Positions 29,193 through 37,886 of a stretch of DNA of 64,000 nucleotides are shown piece by piece. The notes under the pieces are model-generated. The model was not told the DNA's origin and did no database searches. It worked only from the letters and a program-made list of their open reading frames with translations. The stretch spans positions 248,001-312,000 of the IMG/VR virus record IMGVR_UViG_3300020469_003050, one strand, 5' to 3'. Made by a program: the position numbers and the translations under genes. Each line of letters begins with the position of its first letter. The first letter of the stretch is position 1.

Positions 29193-30213
29193 CTTAAGGT
29201 TATTAATAGTAGGTGCTGGAGCTGGTAGTAATTTTATTGCATCTAGGCTAATTGATGGACAAACCGATGATGCGAAAGAATCAGATTTAAATAATGAGTA
29301 CCGTGCAAACAGAGAGTATGGTGGAATAAGAAATACAGTAAAAAATGAAGTCAAACATATGTCAGGAGAAGTATTTGACTTCAAAGAAAATGAACGATAT
29401 CAGATTCTTATAGATGGAATATTAAAATCTAAATTTCCAACTGCGTTAGAACTTAGCAGAAAAGTAAAGAAACCTAAGTTATTATCAAGTATTATAAATG
29501 TCATAAATCTAATGAGTAGATGGGATGGAGAAAAATTCTTAGATAAACCTCAAGCAGGTTATATAACATTAACTAACAGAATAAAACGTCAGTGGAGATA
29601 TAATCTTTTTTGGAGACAACCACATTTTTGGTTTGAAAAAATTGAAATGTATATGGCTAATTTTGAAAAATGGACTAGGGAAAATAAACATAAAAGTAAT
29701 ATGTCAATATTGCTTACTGATGATTATAAAAGAACTAAAGAGTTTATAAGCAAATGGAATATGTTGGCTTGGGAAGTGCATAAGATAGAAAATCAACCTT
29801 TGACTTCTATAGAGCATTACTTGCCTTTGTTTATGGATAAGAATGTTACGAAAGAGTTATCTAAACTAGTAAATATATGTGTAGTACACGTAGATGATAA
29901 TACTACGGGCTTTGTTACAGATATACTAAATATGAAACATATGACTGAAACTATTAGAGAACAAACAAATTCTGTTAAAGTGATGGGACCAAACTACGAA
30001 GAATTAGAATATGCAGATGTTGTAGTAAGTTATAGAAAGTTGTTTTATGATGCTAGTCCTACAGAAATACGTAAGTTATTTAAGTTTGTGGGTAGGGAAG
30101 AGTATTTTGATAATAATAAAGAAAAAGAAATAAAAGCATTTCACGATTATCATATGAGTAATGTAAACTATTACGTTGATAATTGGGAAGAACTAAGCGA
30201 GGAGATTGTATGA
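29176..30213 (+). CDS. Sulfotransferase-fold-like protein, paralog 3
   Basis: GAGAGSNFI; SYRKLFYDASPTEIRKLFKFVG..FHDYH. Confidence 0.5.
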   Translation: MQKVDNLRLLIVGAGAGSNFIASRLIDGQTDDAKESDLNNEYRANREYGGIRNTVKNEVKHMSGEVFDFKENERYQILIDGILKSKFPTALELSRKVKKPKLLSSIINVINLMSRWDGEKFLDKPQAGYITLTNRIKRQWRYNLFWRQPHFWFEKIEMYMANFEKWTRENKHKSNMSILLTDDYKRTKEFISKWNMLAWEVHKIENQPLTSIEHYLPLFMDKNVTKELSKLVNICVVHVDDNTTGFVTDILNMKHMTETIREQTNSVKVMGPNYEELEYADVVVSYRKLFYDASPTEIRKLFKFVGREEYFDNNKEKEIKAFHDYHMSNVNYYVDNWEELSEEIV

Positions 30214-30725
30214 CTGTATTACAGTTGATAGATGAAAAAGACGAGAGACTAAAACAAGTATGTGCTAAACATGAAATAGATGAAGCTACAGAAAAATTAG
30301 TATATGATATGATTGTAACAATGCAAGAACATGATGGTATAGGACTTGCGGCACCGCAGTTAGGTGTTATGGAACAGATATTTGTAATAGGACACAAAGA
30401 TGCAGGATTTGTTGTTTGTATAAATCCAACTTGGGTTCCTACTACAGATGCTAAGTTAGAAAAGTTTCAAGAAGGTTGCTTAAGTTTTCCTCATCTAGCA
30501 TTGAACATAGAAAGATACAATCAAGTACATTGTACATTTACTAATCTAAAGGGCGAAACACAAACTCGTTTGTTTAATGGTGTATGGGCACAAGCGATAC
30601 AACATGAACACGACCACTTAATGGGTATAACATTTGATAAGAGAGCAAAGACAAGTCAATTAAGTAGAGCATTAGCAATACGTAAAGAGAAACTAAAAAG
30701 AATTAAAAAGAGAAGTAAAGATTAA
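30210..30725 (+). CDS. def: Peptide deformylase
   Basis: GIGLAAPQLG, EGCLS, QHEHDHL. Confidence 0.95.
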   Translation: MTVLQLIDEKDERLKQVCAKHEIDEATEKLVYDMIVTMQEHDGIGLAAPQLGVMEQIFVIGHKDAGFVVCINPTWVPTTDAKLEKFQEGCLSFPHLALNIERYNQVHCTFTNLKGETQTRLFNGVWAQAIQHEHDHLMGITFDKRAKTSQLSRALAIRKEKLKRIKKRSKD

Positions 30726-31651
30726 TGGACTATTCCAACTATACATTACTAACCGTAGGGTGTAGTTTTACTTTTGGACAAGGCGCAGTTCCGCATTTCG
30801 ATAAAAGTAAGTCAACTCCTGAGAATAATGAAGCTAGAGATAGATGGCGTAAAGAATGTAACTTACTTTCTTATAGTCAAAGAGTTAAAGAAATAGTAAA
30901 ATTTAAAAAAGTTGTTAACTTGGGTACACCTGCAGGAAGTAATGAACTTGCTTTACTCAATATGAATACTTGGTTGGATAAAAATAAAGGTGAAAATGTT
31001 TTTGTATTATTCAGTTTAGCTGATCCACAAAGAGAAATGTTCTTTACTAAGAATAAAATTAGTAGACAACCAGATGCTTATGGATTAGAAGTATTCAATG
31101 TAAATCACACACAAGGTTTACATCCTAACGTAATAGAAGGTTTCTATACATATATTAATACTGACCTTAATATGACATTTAAGAACTGGATATTTAGAAA
31201 ACAACTAAGTTCAATATTGAGTTATAGAAATTTACCGAACTTAGTATTTCATGCTTATGACCCAATGGATATTAGAATTACTAAATTAAGAAAAATATTT
31301 AAATTAACTGAAGGTACTACGCATTGGCATGATTTAGATATTATATCAGACTTTATACAATGGATGGAAACAATAGAAGATGAACCTACATTTGAAAATT
31401 ATATAAGCATTAACAAAATTAAAGAGTGGGCCCTATCAGAAGACTGGTCTAAAGACCTAAAAAATATAATAAAAATAGAAGATTACTTACAAGCATATTG
31501 TAAAAGAAACAAAAGACACCTCTTTGCACACAAAACACAGTACGGTAACAGAGGAGAAGCATATTCACCTTTCGATAATGCTCATTATAATAAACAAGCA
31601 CATGTGATTTTAGGTGACAAATTGTCGCAAGAAATACACAAAATCAGTTAA
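30725..31651 (+). CDS. SGNH/GDSL-hydrolase-like protein
   Basis: VGCSFTFG, NLGTPAGSN, HYNKQAH. Confidence 0.65.
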   Translation: MDYSNYTLLTVGCSFTFGQGAVPHFDKSKSTPENNEARDRWRKECNLLSYSQRVKEIVKFKKVVNLGTPAGSNELALLNMNTWLDKNKGENVFVLFSLADPQREMFFTKNKISRQPDAYGLEVFNVNHTQGLHPNVIEGFYTYINTDLNMTFKNWIFRKQLSSILSYRNLPNLVFHAYDPMDIRITKLRKIFKLTEGTTHWHDLDIISDFIQWMETIEDEPTFENYISINKIKEWALSEDWSKDLKNIIKIEDYLQAYCKRNKRHLFAHKTQYGNRGEAYSPFDNAHYNKQAHVILGDKLSQEIHKIS

Positions 31652-31708
31652 AAATCAACTAAATACAATAGGGTATTATGATATACCCGCAAAACAAAGG
31701 AGATTAAT

Positions 31709-31870
31709 ATGATGAAATGGATAAAAGATAGAACCAAAGAAAGAACATCATGGGATGGTGCAGTTTGTATAGCACTAGGTCTTATGATTTTATTCATGGC
31801 ACCTCTGGCAAAAATAGCGGCAGGCCTTGCTATTGCATGGGGCGTTTGGACAATCTGGAAATCAGAGTAA
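31709..31870 (+). CDS. 53-aa 2-TM membrane protein (holin-like candidate)
   Basis: Not in ORF track; AAGGAG SD, CTAAATA box upstream; MMKWIKDRTKERTSWDGAVCIALGLMIL...GVWTIWKSE; tandem Met-Met. Confidence 0.7.
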   Translation: MMKWIKDRTKERTSWDGAVCIALGLMILFMAPLAKIAAGLAIAWGVWTIWKSE

Positions 31871-31887
31871 GATTGTGAATTTTCTGT

Positions 31888-32106
31888 ATGACACCTGAAT
31901 TCCGAAAAGAAGCATACCGTATGTTTTGGCTCGTAAAGGGCCATCTTGGGTGTCATACGTGGCCAGACGAAGACATTATCAAAATGCATGATAGTTATTT
32001 TGTAAGAAATTGGAGATCCGGATGCGACGGAGCGCCGCATTATGAGAGAGAAGAAGGATTTGAAGAAGCATACGAGGAAATAATTGGAACAGAAAATACC
32101 CCCTAG
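31888..32106 (+). CDS. Hypothetical protein
   Basis: AYRMFWLVKGHL..DSYF..EEGFEEAY. Confidence 0.65.
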   Translation: MTPEFRKEAYRMFWLVKGHLGCHTWPDEDIIKMHDSYFVRNWRSGCDGAPHYEREEGFEEAYEEIIGTENTP

Positions 32107-32335
32107 ATTAATACTTTTGTCTGAGTTTTTAGACCAGAGCAAAAGAAAAGAAGATGAAATTCACTTTTATGAAAAGGAACTCAGAAAGATTGAAGAAAAA
32201 CTATATTGGCTACGTAGAGAAAAAAATCTAACAGAAACGATTATCAATATAATCACTCAGGAAAAAGTTGTCGATATTAAAGAAGAAATGGAAAAGCGAT
32301 ACCTAGCAGAAAGAGAAACACAAGAAGATAAATAA
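32084..32335 (+). CDS. Coiled-coil hypothetical protein
   Basis: GAGG SD, TTG start. Confidence 0.65.
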   Translation: MEQKIPPRLILLSEFLDQSKRKEDEIHFYEKELRKIEEKLYWLRREKNLTETIINIITQEKVVDIKEEMEKRYLAERETQEDK

Positions 32336-32355
32336 AAAAGAAAAAAGGCGAAGTA

Positions 32356-32733
32356 ATGGATTTATTTTTATTCTACCTTGCAGTAAGCGTAATCGTTACT
32401 TCAAGTCTCATCATATATTTTAGAGAACATTTAAGAAAGCAGATTGGCTGGTACTTACTAGGCATGTTGGCCTTTATGGTCATTACAAACTGGAACGAGT
32501 ACTGGTGGATGATGTTTTTTAGTTTGGTAGTATTTTTTCAAGTTCCACCATTTAGTGTGGAAGAAAAACTACTTACAAAGGCCGCTAATTCGGACAACCG
32601 GTTCAAGAGGTGGCAACGGAAGAAAGGAAAGTTTGTACAATTTATAGTATACATTTTATGTATGATATTATTGAGTGCATTCGTTACCTGGATTTCAGGC
32701 GATGGAAATATACATTTCATCTTGATAGGATAG
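32356..32733 (+). CDS. Hypothetical membrane protein
   Basis: 3-4 TM segments. Confidence 0.65.
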   Translation: MDLFLFYLAVSVIVTSSLIIYFREHLRKQIGWYLLGMLAFMVITNWNEYWWMMFFSLVVFFQVPPFSVEEKLLTKAANSDNRFKRWQRKKGKFVQFIVYILCMILLSAFVTWISGDGNIHFILIG

Positions 32734-32821
32734 CTATTGACTCACAATACAACCTATGATATAATGCAATTAGTATTAATCTAAGAACAGGATTAGTATG
32801 GACTTAACTAAGGAGGATGTT

Positions 32822-33175
32822 ATGAAAACATCAATTATCGGACTGCTAGTCGCAGTCTTTTTTTCTGCAACGGCGTTTGCAGAAGACACAAGTGTATCAA
32901 ATGATATTTCTTGGTCTCTAACATTAGAGAGACAAACAGAAGCAAATGCTAATACAGGCGAACTAATGGGGACTATGGAAGTTTTAGGACTTGATGTTTC
33001 TGCGGGTGGACTGTGGAACATTGATAAATCAGGTGAAGATTTTATTGACTTGAATAAAACGATGTTAAATGTTAGCCACTCGCTTTCTGACCAAGCAAAA
33101 GTGTATCTAAAGAATGACTTTAGTACAGATTGGGACAGAACTGAGTCAACAATAGGTCTACAAATTACGTTTTAA
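32822..33175 (+). CDS. Exported small beta-barrel/porin-like protein
   Basis: Signal peptide ending AFA; C-terminal IGLQITF beta-signal; promoter 32737-32765, AGGAGG SD. Confidence 0.65.
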   Translation: MKTSIIGLLVAVFFSATAFAEDTSVSNDISWSLTLERQTEANANTGELMGTMEVLGLDVSAGGLWNIDKSGEDFIDLNKTMLNVSHSLSDQAKVYLKNDFSTDWDRTESTIGLQITF

Positions 33176-33179
33176 TTTG

Positions 33180-33210
33180 TTGACAAAAACACCTCTATAG
33201 TGTATAAATA
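33180..33210 (+). promoter_or_regulatory. Overlapping early (TTGACA-17-TATAAA) and late (TATAAATA) promoter of tmRNA
   Basis: Both motifs share 33203-33208. Confidence 0.65.
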
Positions 33211-33215
33211 TAGAT

Positions 33216-33486
33216 GTTAACGTTGAAGCAAGTTCAACACTATACAGGACCTGGGGGCAGTACCCAGCAGGTCCACCATAAACACATTATCAGTTTGCAT
33301 TAGTGTGTTTATGATGGGCCTGAACTAGGATCGACTGGTGGTTAATAGGCGAGTGGAGTTAACCGAGTGACTTCGTTATTGGTCAAACACTATAATTGCA
33401 AACGACAATTATCAGCCAGAAATGGCAATGGCGGCCTAATTTAGGCACGTAGGGGTTGGTGACTTGCCTGGCAACAGAAAAGTCAC
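33216..33486 (+). ncRNA. ssrA: tmRNA, circularly permuted two-piece alphaproteobacterial type; tag ANDNYQPEMAMAA (33398-33439)
   Basis: Acceptor piece ends CTGGG-GGCAGTA-CCCAG-CAGGTCC-ACCA (33278); hairpin intervening segment; coding piece starts GGGCCTG (33316), giving a G3:U70 Ala acceptor stem. Confidence 0.95.
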
Positions 33487-33515
33487 ATTTTTATTTGGGA
33501 GTGGGTTTTTTGTAA

Positions 33516-33854
33516 ATGGCATACGTAGTAACGCAAGATTGTATAAAATGTAAGTATACTGATTGTGTGGAAGTTTGTCCCGTTGATTGCTTTTATGAGG
33601 GCAAAGATACTTTAGTTATTAACCCAGATGAATGTATAGATTGCGGTGTTTGTGAACCCGAATGTCCTGCAGAAGCAATAATTCCTGATACGCATGAAAA
33701 ATTTACAATGCGACTCTACGATATAAATAAAAAGTGGTCAGAACAATGGCCAGTAATTACAGAAAAGCAAGATCCCTTACCTGATGCTGATTCACTAAAT
33801 CCAGCAATGGGATATTCAGAAGATAAGACAAAGTTGTTAGATGAATACGATTGA
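33516..33854 (+). CDS. fdxA: 7Fe ferredoxin (FdxA type)
   Basis: [33 protein letters not shown]. Confidence 0.95.
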   Translation: MAYVVTQDCIKCKYTDCVEVCPVDCFYEGKDTLVINPDECIDCGVCEPECPAEAIIPDTHEKFTMRLYDINKKWSEQWPVITEKQDPLPDADSLNPAMGYSEDKTKLLDEYD

Positions 33855-34740
33855 TGATACTATCTGGAATGAAAGAGGCTGGGAATCAGTTACTTTATCT
33901 TCATTTAATCAGTATAAAGAAATAACAACAAAAGCCGATACAATATCAAAACAAACTACTTGGATTTATAAAGCAACTTTATTAGATATTTGGGAAAATA
34001 TACGAGGAGTTAAAACTTTTTATAAATCACTTGACAATTCTTTCAGACAAAATATTGACGAACTATTTGCTAAAGGCAATAAAGTTTGGAGTAATGCAGA
34101 ATGGCTACAAGAATATTATGCACCTGCTGATTGTTCTTTAGCAGACCATTTGTTAACAAGAATGAGTGCTATGCATTATATGTTAGAAGAATTAAGAAAT
34201 GGTGGAAAGATTAATGACCCTATAAGTTGTTGTTGGTACCCAGATTGGTATATGCCAGGTATACCCGCTGAAAGACAAAAAGTAGAATTACAAAAAATTA
34301 AGAAACTTTATAAAAGTTCGGTTGGTAGATTTTTTATGCATCCTGGAACTACTAGGATATATCTAGCAGGAGTATATAAAGAAGAAGTCGATGTAATTAT
34401 AACAGATTACTCAAATGGAGAATTATATAATCTTTTTCCACAACCTGAAAAACTAAAACATATAAATGATGCCAAAGAGTTTGATGTAACAGGTAGAACG
34501 TTATATTTCTGTTACTCAGGATCTAAATCTCCTTCTCTTAATAAAGGTGACATAATATCGCCACGTACTCATATTAAAGATAAGTACAGAGAGTTATACG
34601 ATGATACTGTAAGAACTAAATTACAATCACCAGGTAATAAAGTTCCTCCTGAGTTTTACGAAAAAAAGAATAATGAAATATTAGTAAATGGAAAAGTAGT
34701 ATTAAGATGTAGTAATAATTTATGGGAATTAGTTTTATGA
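33841..34740 (+). CDS. Hypothetical protein with ParB/Srx-like HPGxxR motif, paralog A
   Basis: INDPI..MHPGTTR; shares termini with the next ORF. Confidence 0.55.
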   Translation: MNTIDDTIWNERGWESVTLSSFNQYKEITTKADTISKQTTWIYKATLLDIWENIRGVKTFYKSLDNSFRQNIDELFAKGNKVWSNAEWLQEYYAPADCSLADHLLTRMSAMHYMLEELRNGGKINDPISCCWYPDWYMPGIPAERQKVELQKIKKLYKSSVGRFFMHPGTTRIYLAGVYKEEVDVIITDYSNGELYNLFPQPEKLKHINDAKEFDVTGRTLYFCYSGSKSPSLNKGDIISPRTHIKDKYRELYDDTVRTKLQSPGNKVPPEFYEKKNNEILVNGKVVLRCSNNLWELVL

Positions 34741-35534
34741 AGGAACCTATAATTGTTCATTGGGGTAATAACTATATAAATGTTGAAGATTATCAAACCA
34801 ATGATTGTAAAATAAATGATTGGGAACATTTTGTTGCTTTAACTAATCAAGCAGATGCGATTTCTAAAACTAAGACTTTTATATATAAAGGTTCTATAAG
34901 TTCAGTAGTAAAAGACTTATTGAAATGGGGTGACGATTATGATGAATATTCATCGCATAGATTTAGTCAAGAAATCGAAATGTTGTTTAGAAAATCAGAT
35001 AAAGTTTTAAGTAATCAAGTTGGTCCAATTAAAAGTACAAAAATAAATGCATTTGATTACATACTTGAAACCTTCAGAAAAGGATATACAATTATGGATC
35101 CACTTAATCTTCATTATTTTGGAAACGGTAAACTTACACCACACCCAGGTTATACTAGATTATTGTTTGGAAAGTTATACACAATGAATATTAATTGTAT
35201 AATATATGATTACACTAATGGAAAATTTGTGCAAGATTTTAAAGACATAAATATCTTTACACCAGACGAAACAAACTTTGATATTAGTGAAAGAAGATAT
35301 ATGTTTAGTCACACAGGACAAACTAAAAAACCTAAACAGATACATAAAATGTCTGGCAAGAAAAATGGAGTTAAGTATAGAGAAGTTAATGGCAAAGATC
35401 CAATTCCAAAAGAATTGGGAGATCCTAGATTATATAATCCTCCAAAAATATATATAAAACAAAATAATTTAGTAACAGTAAATGGTAGGAAAGTACTTAA
35501 AAACAATAATGGACTTTGGGAGTTAGTATTATGA
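34737..35534 (+). CDS. Hypothetical protein with ParB/Srx-like HPGxxR motif, paralog B
   Basis: IMDPL..PHPGYTR; ends VNGRKVL..LWELVL as paralog A does. Confidence 0.55.
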   Translation: MKEPIIVHWGNNYINVEDYQTNDCKINDWEHFVALTNQADAISKTKTFIYKGSISSVVKDLLKWGDDYDEYSSHRFSQEIEMLFRKSDKVLSNQVGPIKSTKINAFDYILETFRKGYTIMDPLNLHYFGNGKLTPHPGYTRLLFGKLYTMNINCIIYDYTNGKFVQDFKDINIFTPDETNFDISERRYMFSHTGQTKKPKQIHKMSGKKNGVKYREVNGKDPIPKELGDPRLYNPPKIYIKQNNLVTVNGRKVLKNNNGLWELVL

Positions 35535-36082
35535 TAATGACTAAAAAAGATTATGGTTATCCTGTTTGGGTAGTTGAAGAAGTATTTGAAACTAATGTGG
35601 CAGATGATGTATTAAGACAATCAAAAGATTTACCATTTGTTCCAATGGAAGGCAAGAGAACAGATAAAACAGGTAAAAGAAATTGGATGAATCAATATAA
35701 AGGCAAAGAATGGAATTCATTTGAAGAAGTATGTTTATTGTTTGATAGTAAATATATGAAAAAAAAGTTTAGTGACGTTTGTGAAAAAGACTTTACTAAC
35801 TTAGGTACAAGAATAGAATTATGCAAAGATGCAAAAGGAAGTTGGTTGCACAATCACTTTGACGATAAAGCAAAGTTATTTACTTTACAGATTTACTTAA
35901 CAGACACAGATACAAGTACAAGTTTTATGAAGAAAGATACTCCTGCAAGAAAAAATACAGGTTGGTTCTTTGCAAATACAGGAACTGAACTTCATGGACT
36001 AAGTGCTTTGACACAAAATAGAATAAGCATCATTGTTAACTATTGTGATGAATCATGGAGAGATAGGTCTGTAATTGTATGA
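35531..36082 (+). CDS. 2OG-Fe(II) oxygenase-like protein
   Basis: HFDD..LQIYL..ELHG..RISIIVNY. Confidence 0.7.
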   Translation: MIMTKKDYGYPVWVVEEVFETNVADDVLRQSKDLPFVPMEGKRTDKTGKRNWMNQYKGKEWNSFEEVCLLFDSKYMKKKFSDVCEKDFTNLGTRIELCKDAKGSWLHNHFDDKAKLFTLQIYLTDTDTSTSFMKKDTPARKNTGWFFANTGTELHGLSALTQNRISIIVNYCDESWRDRSVIV

Positions 36083-36801
36083 GATATAAAAATAGTAATC
36101 AAAGAACTAAAGACTATCTAGCTAGATTTGACAAAAATAAAGTTTTACAAAACTTGGTAGGTACGGATACGCCTGTAATTTTAGATATTGGTGCTAACAT
36201 TGGTCAAACTGTAGAAAAGTTAAAGATTATATGGGAGAATGCAGTAATACATTCTATAGAGCCTTTACCAGAAGCATATCAGGAACTATACTTAACGAAG
36301 GGCATAATGTCAGATGTATATGTGTATAATCATGCTCTAGGCTCAGTAAATGGTTGGCAAGAGTTTAATGTCAATAAACATCAACCTATGCTTAGTGGTT
36401 TCTATAAGCTAAATGAGAATAGCAAAGATAGTATTGCTATCAATAAACCCGAAAAGGCACATAAGAACTTCTTAGAATCTGAACCCACACAGATACCTGT
36501 TATGACATTAGATACGTTTACAAAGCAACATAACATAGAAAATATAGACATAATTAAGATGGACGTTCAAGGTGCTGAGCCTGAAATACTAGAACATGGT
36601 ATTGAAACATTAAAAAATACACGAATCGTTCTTACCGAACTATCACTATATGATTTGTACGAAAAGCAGTGTAGTTTCTATGATATAGAAAAAACGTTGA
36701 TTCCCTTGGGTTTTGAATTATATGATGTTGCTCATGTCAGCAAAAATCCAATGAATGGTCGTACAGATTGGGTTGATTTAATTTATTTGAAAAAAAGTTA
36801 A
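36079..36801 (+). CDS. FkbM-family SAM methyltransferase
   Basis: LDIGANIG, SIEP, TLD, IKMDVQGAE. Confidence 0.9.
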   Translation: MRYKNSNQRTKDYLARFDKNKVLQNLVGTDTPVILDIGANIGQTVEKLKIIWENAVIHSIEPLPEAYQELYLTKGIMSDVYVYNHALGSVNGWQEFNVNKHQPMLSGFYKLNENSKDSIAINKPEKAHKNFLESEPTQIPVMTLDTFTKQHNIENIDIIKMDVQGAEPEILEHGIETLKNTRIVLTELSLYDLYEKQCSFYDIEKTLIPLGFELYDVAHVSKNPMNGRTDWVDLIYLKKS

Positions 36802-36809
36802 AAAAAGGG

Positions 36810-36838
36810 TTGACTTTCCCGAATCATTATGCTATATT
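36810..36838 (+). promoter_or_regulatory. Sigma70 promoter of the ncRNA
   Basis: TTGACT-17-(TG)TATATT. Confidence 0.75.
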
Positions 36839-36845
36839 AATAAAC

Positions 36846-37062
36846 ATAAGCATAAAACAATTTAGCGGTTGTTTTATTGTAGTGCAAGGAAGAGGCTGTT
36901 ACCAGACGGTCGAACTTGACTAGTTAGGGGTGGTACCCAGGCTTAAAGCTGAGAGGCTAAGAGTCACATCGTTCTACCGAACGGAACTAGGTTCCCTGGA
37001 TTCAGAATGGTATCTGTGTCGAGGGGTTGGGGGTGTAACCAAGTCCCTCCTACTTTGCTTAT
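36846..37062 (+). ncRNA. Free-standing structured ncRNA, ~217 nt, family unassigned
   Basis: GC-rich island with no long ORF, between promoter and terminator; 5' ATAAGCA pairs with 3' TGCTTAT; internal stems. Confidence 0.75.
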
Positions 37063-37094
37063 ATTTCTGATTGCAATACCAAGCAATCAAAATT

Positions 37095-37158
37095 AAGAGA
37101 CGGTTAGCAAACCATATTTTACTCACTTTCATTTCATATTGCTAACTGTCTCTTTTTT
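37095..37158. terminator. Long-loop hairpin terminator
   Basis: AAGAGACGGTTAGCAA / TTGCTAACTGTCTCTT + T run. Confidence 0.7.
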
Positions 37159-37852
37159 ATTTCTCTCCAATTATAGATTTTATTTTCCAAGGTGTAAAGC
37201 ATACAGTACCTAAACTTATGTGGTCTGCTCCTGCATCTATATAAGTCTGAGCATCTTCTTTAGAATATACTCCACCACCTGCTATGACTTCTACGTGAGG
37301 ATACTTATCTTTTATATAAGCAATAGTCCCCAAGGTATAGGGTTGAAGAATCTTTCCAGAAAGCCCACCCTTTTCACTGTGTAATGTGTTACTTGCATGA
37401 ATTTGTTTATATCCTTTATCTACTATTTTATCTATTAATTTATGTTTTGCAGTTGGAGGTATTTTAACTATACACCATTTATTCTGCATATGTTCTGGAA
37501 ACTTATCGAAACCTTCAAATGTCGTAGTGTCTTCATGTGAATCTAAGTTAGGACAACTTATATTTAATTCTATATTTCTAACACGACTAATAGTTGTTCT
37601 TATTGTTTCCCAATCTGATTTTTCTATGGCCGCAAGTGATAACAAATTATCATATGATGTCTTCATCATTCCAGCACGTAATCCAGGATTGCGTAAACCT
37701 AATTTGTTTCTCCAACCCTGTTTAGTATATCTTAATGTTTTGATTATTTGTTTTAGTCTTCCTGGTCTTGGTTCTACTGTCCAGGTACCTGTAACACTAA
37801 CTGTATCTTTAAAGTTGAGATAGTTTCCAAATGGTGCGGCTATAAAAAACAT
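37157..37852 (-). CDS. Dihydroorotate dehydrogenase-like flavoprotein (compact)
   Basis: NKLGLRNPG, ELNISCPN, SNT, GGLSG, IAGGGV, AGAD. Confidence 0.8.
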   Translation of the reverse strand: MFFIAAPFGNYLNFKDTVSVTGTWTVEPRPGRLKQIIKTLRYTKQGWRNKLGLRNPGLRAGMMKTSYDNLLSLAAIEKSDWETIRTTISRVRNIELNISCPNLDSHEDTTTFEGFDKFPEHMQNKWCIVKIPPTAKHKLIDKIVDKGYKQIHASNTLHSEKGGLSGKILQPYTLGTIAYIKDKYPHVEVIAGGGVYSKEDAQTYIDAGADHISLGTVCFTPWKIKSIIGEK

Positions 37853-37886
37853 TTATTATTTTCCTCATAAAACTATTTATATAAGA

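Noticed and set aside
33247-33278. Stand-alone tRNA-Ala
   Set aside because: No anticodon arm; it is the acceptor piece of the permuted tmRNA. No canonical tRNA gene was spotted by eye in the window
36846-37062. RNase P RNA, SRP RNA or self-splicing intron
   Set aside because: No GAGGAAAGUCC / ACAGAA-CGGCUUA P4 elements, no SRP domain-IV hairpin, and it does not interrupt a gene
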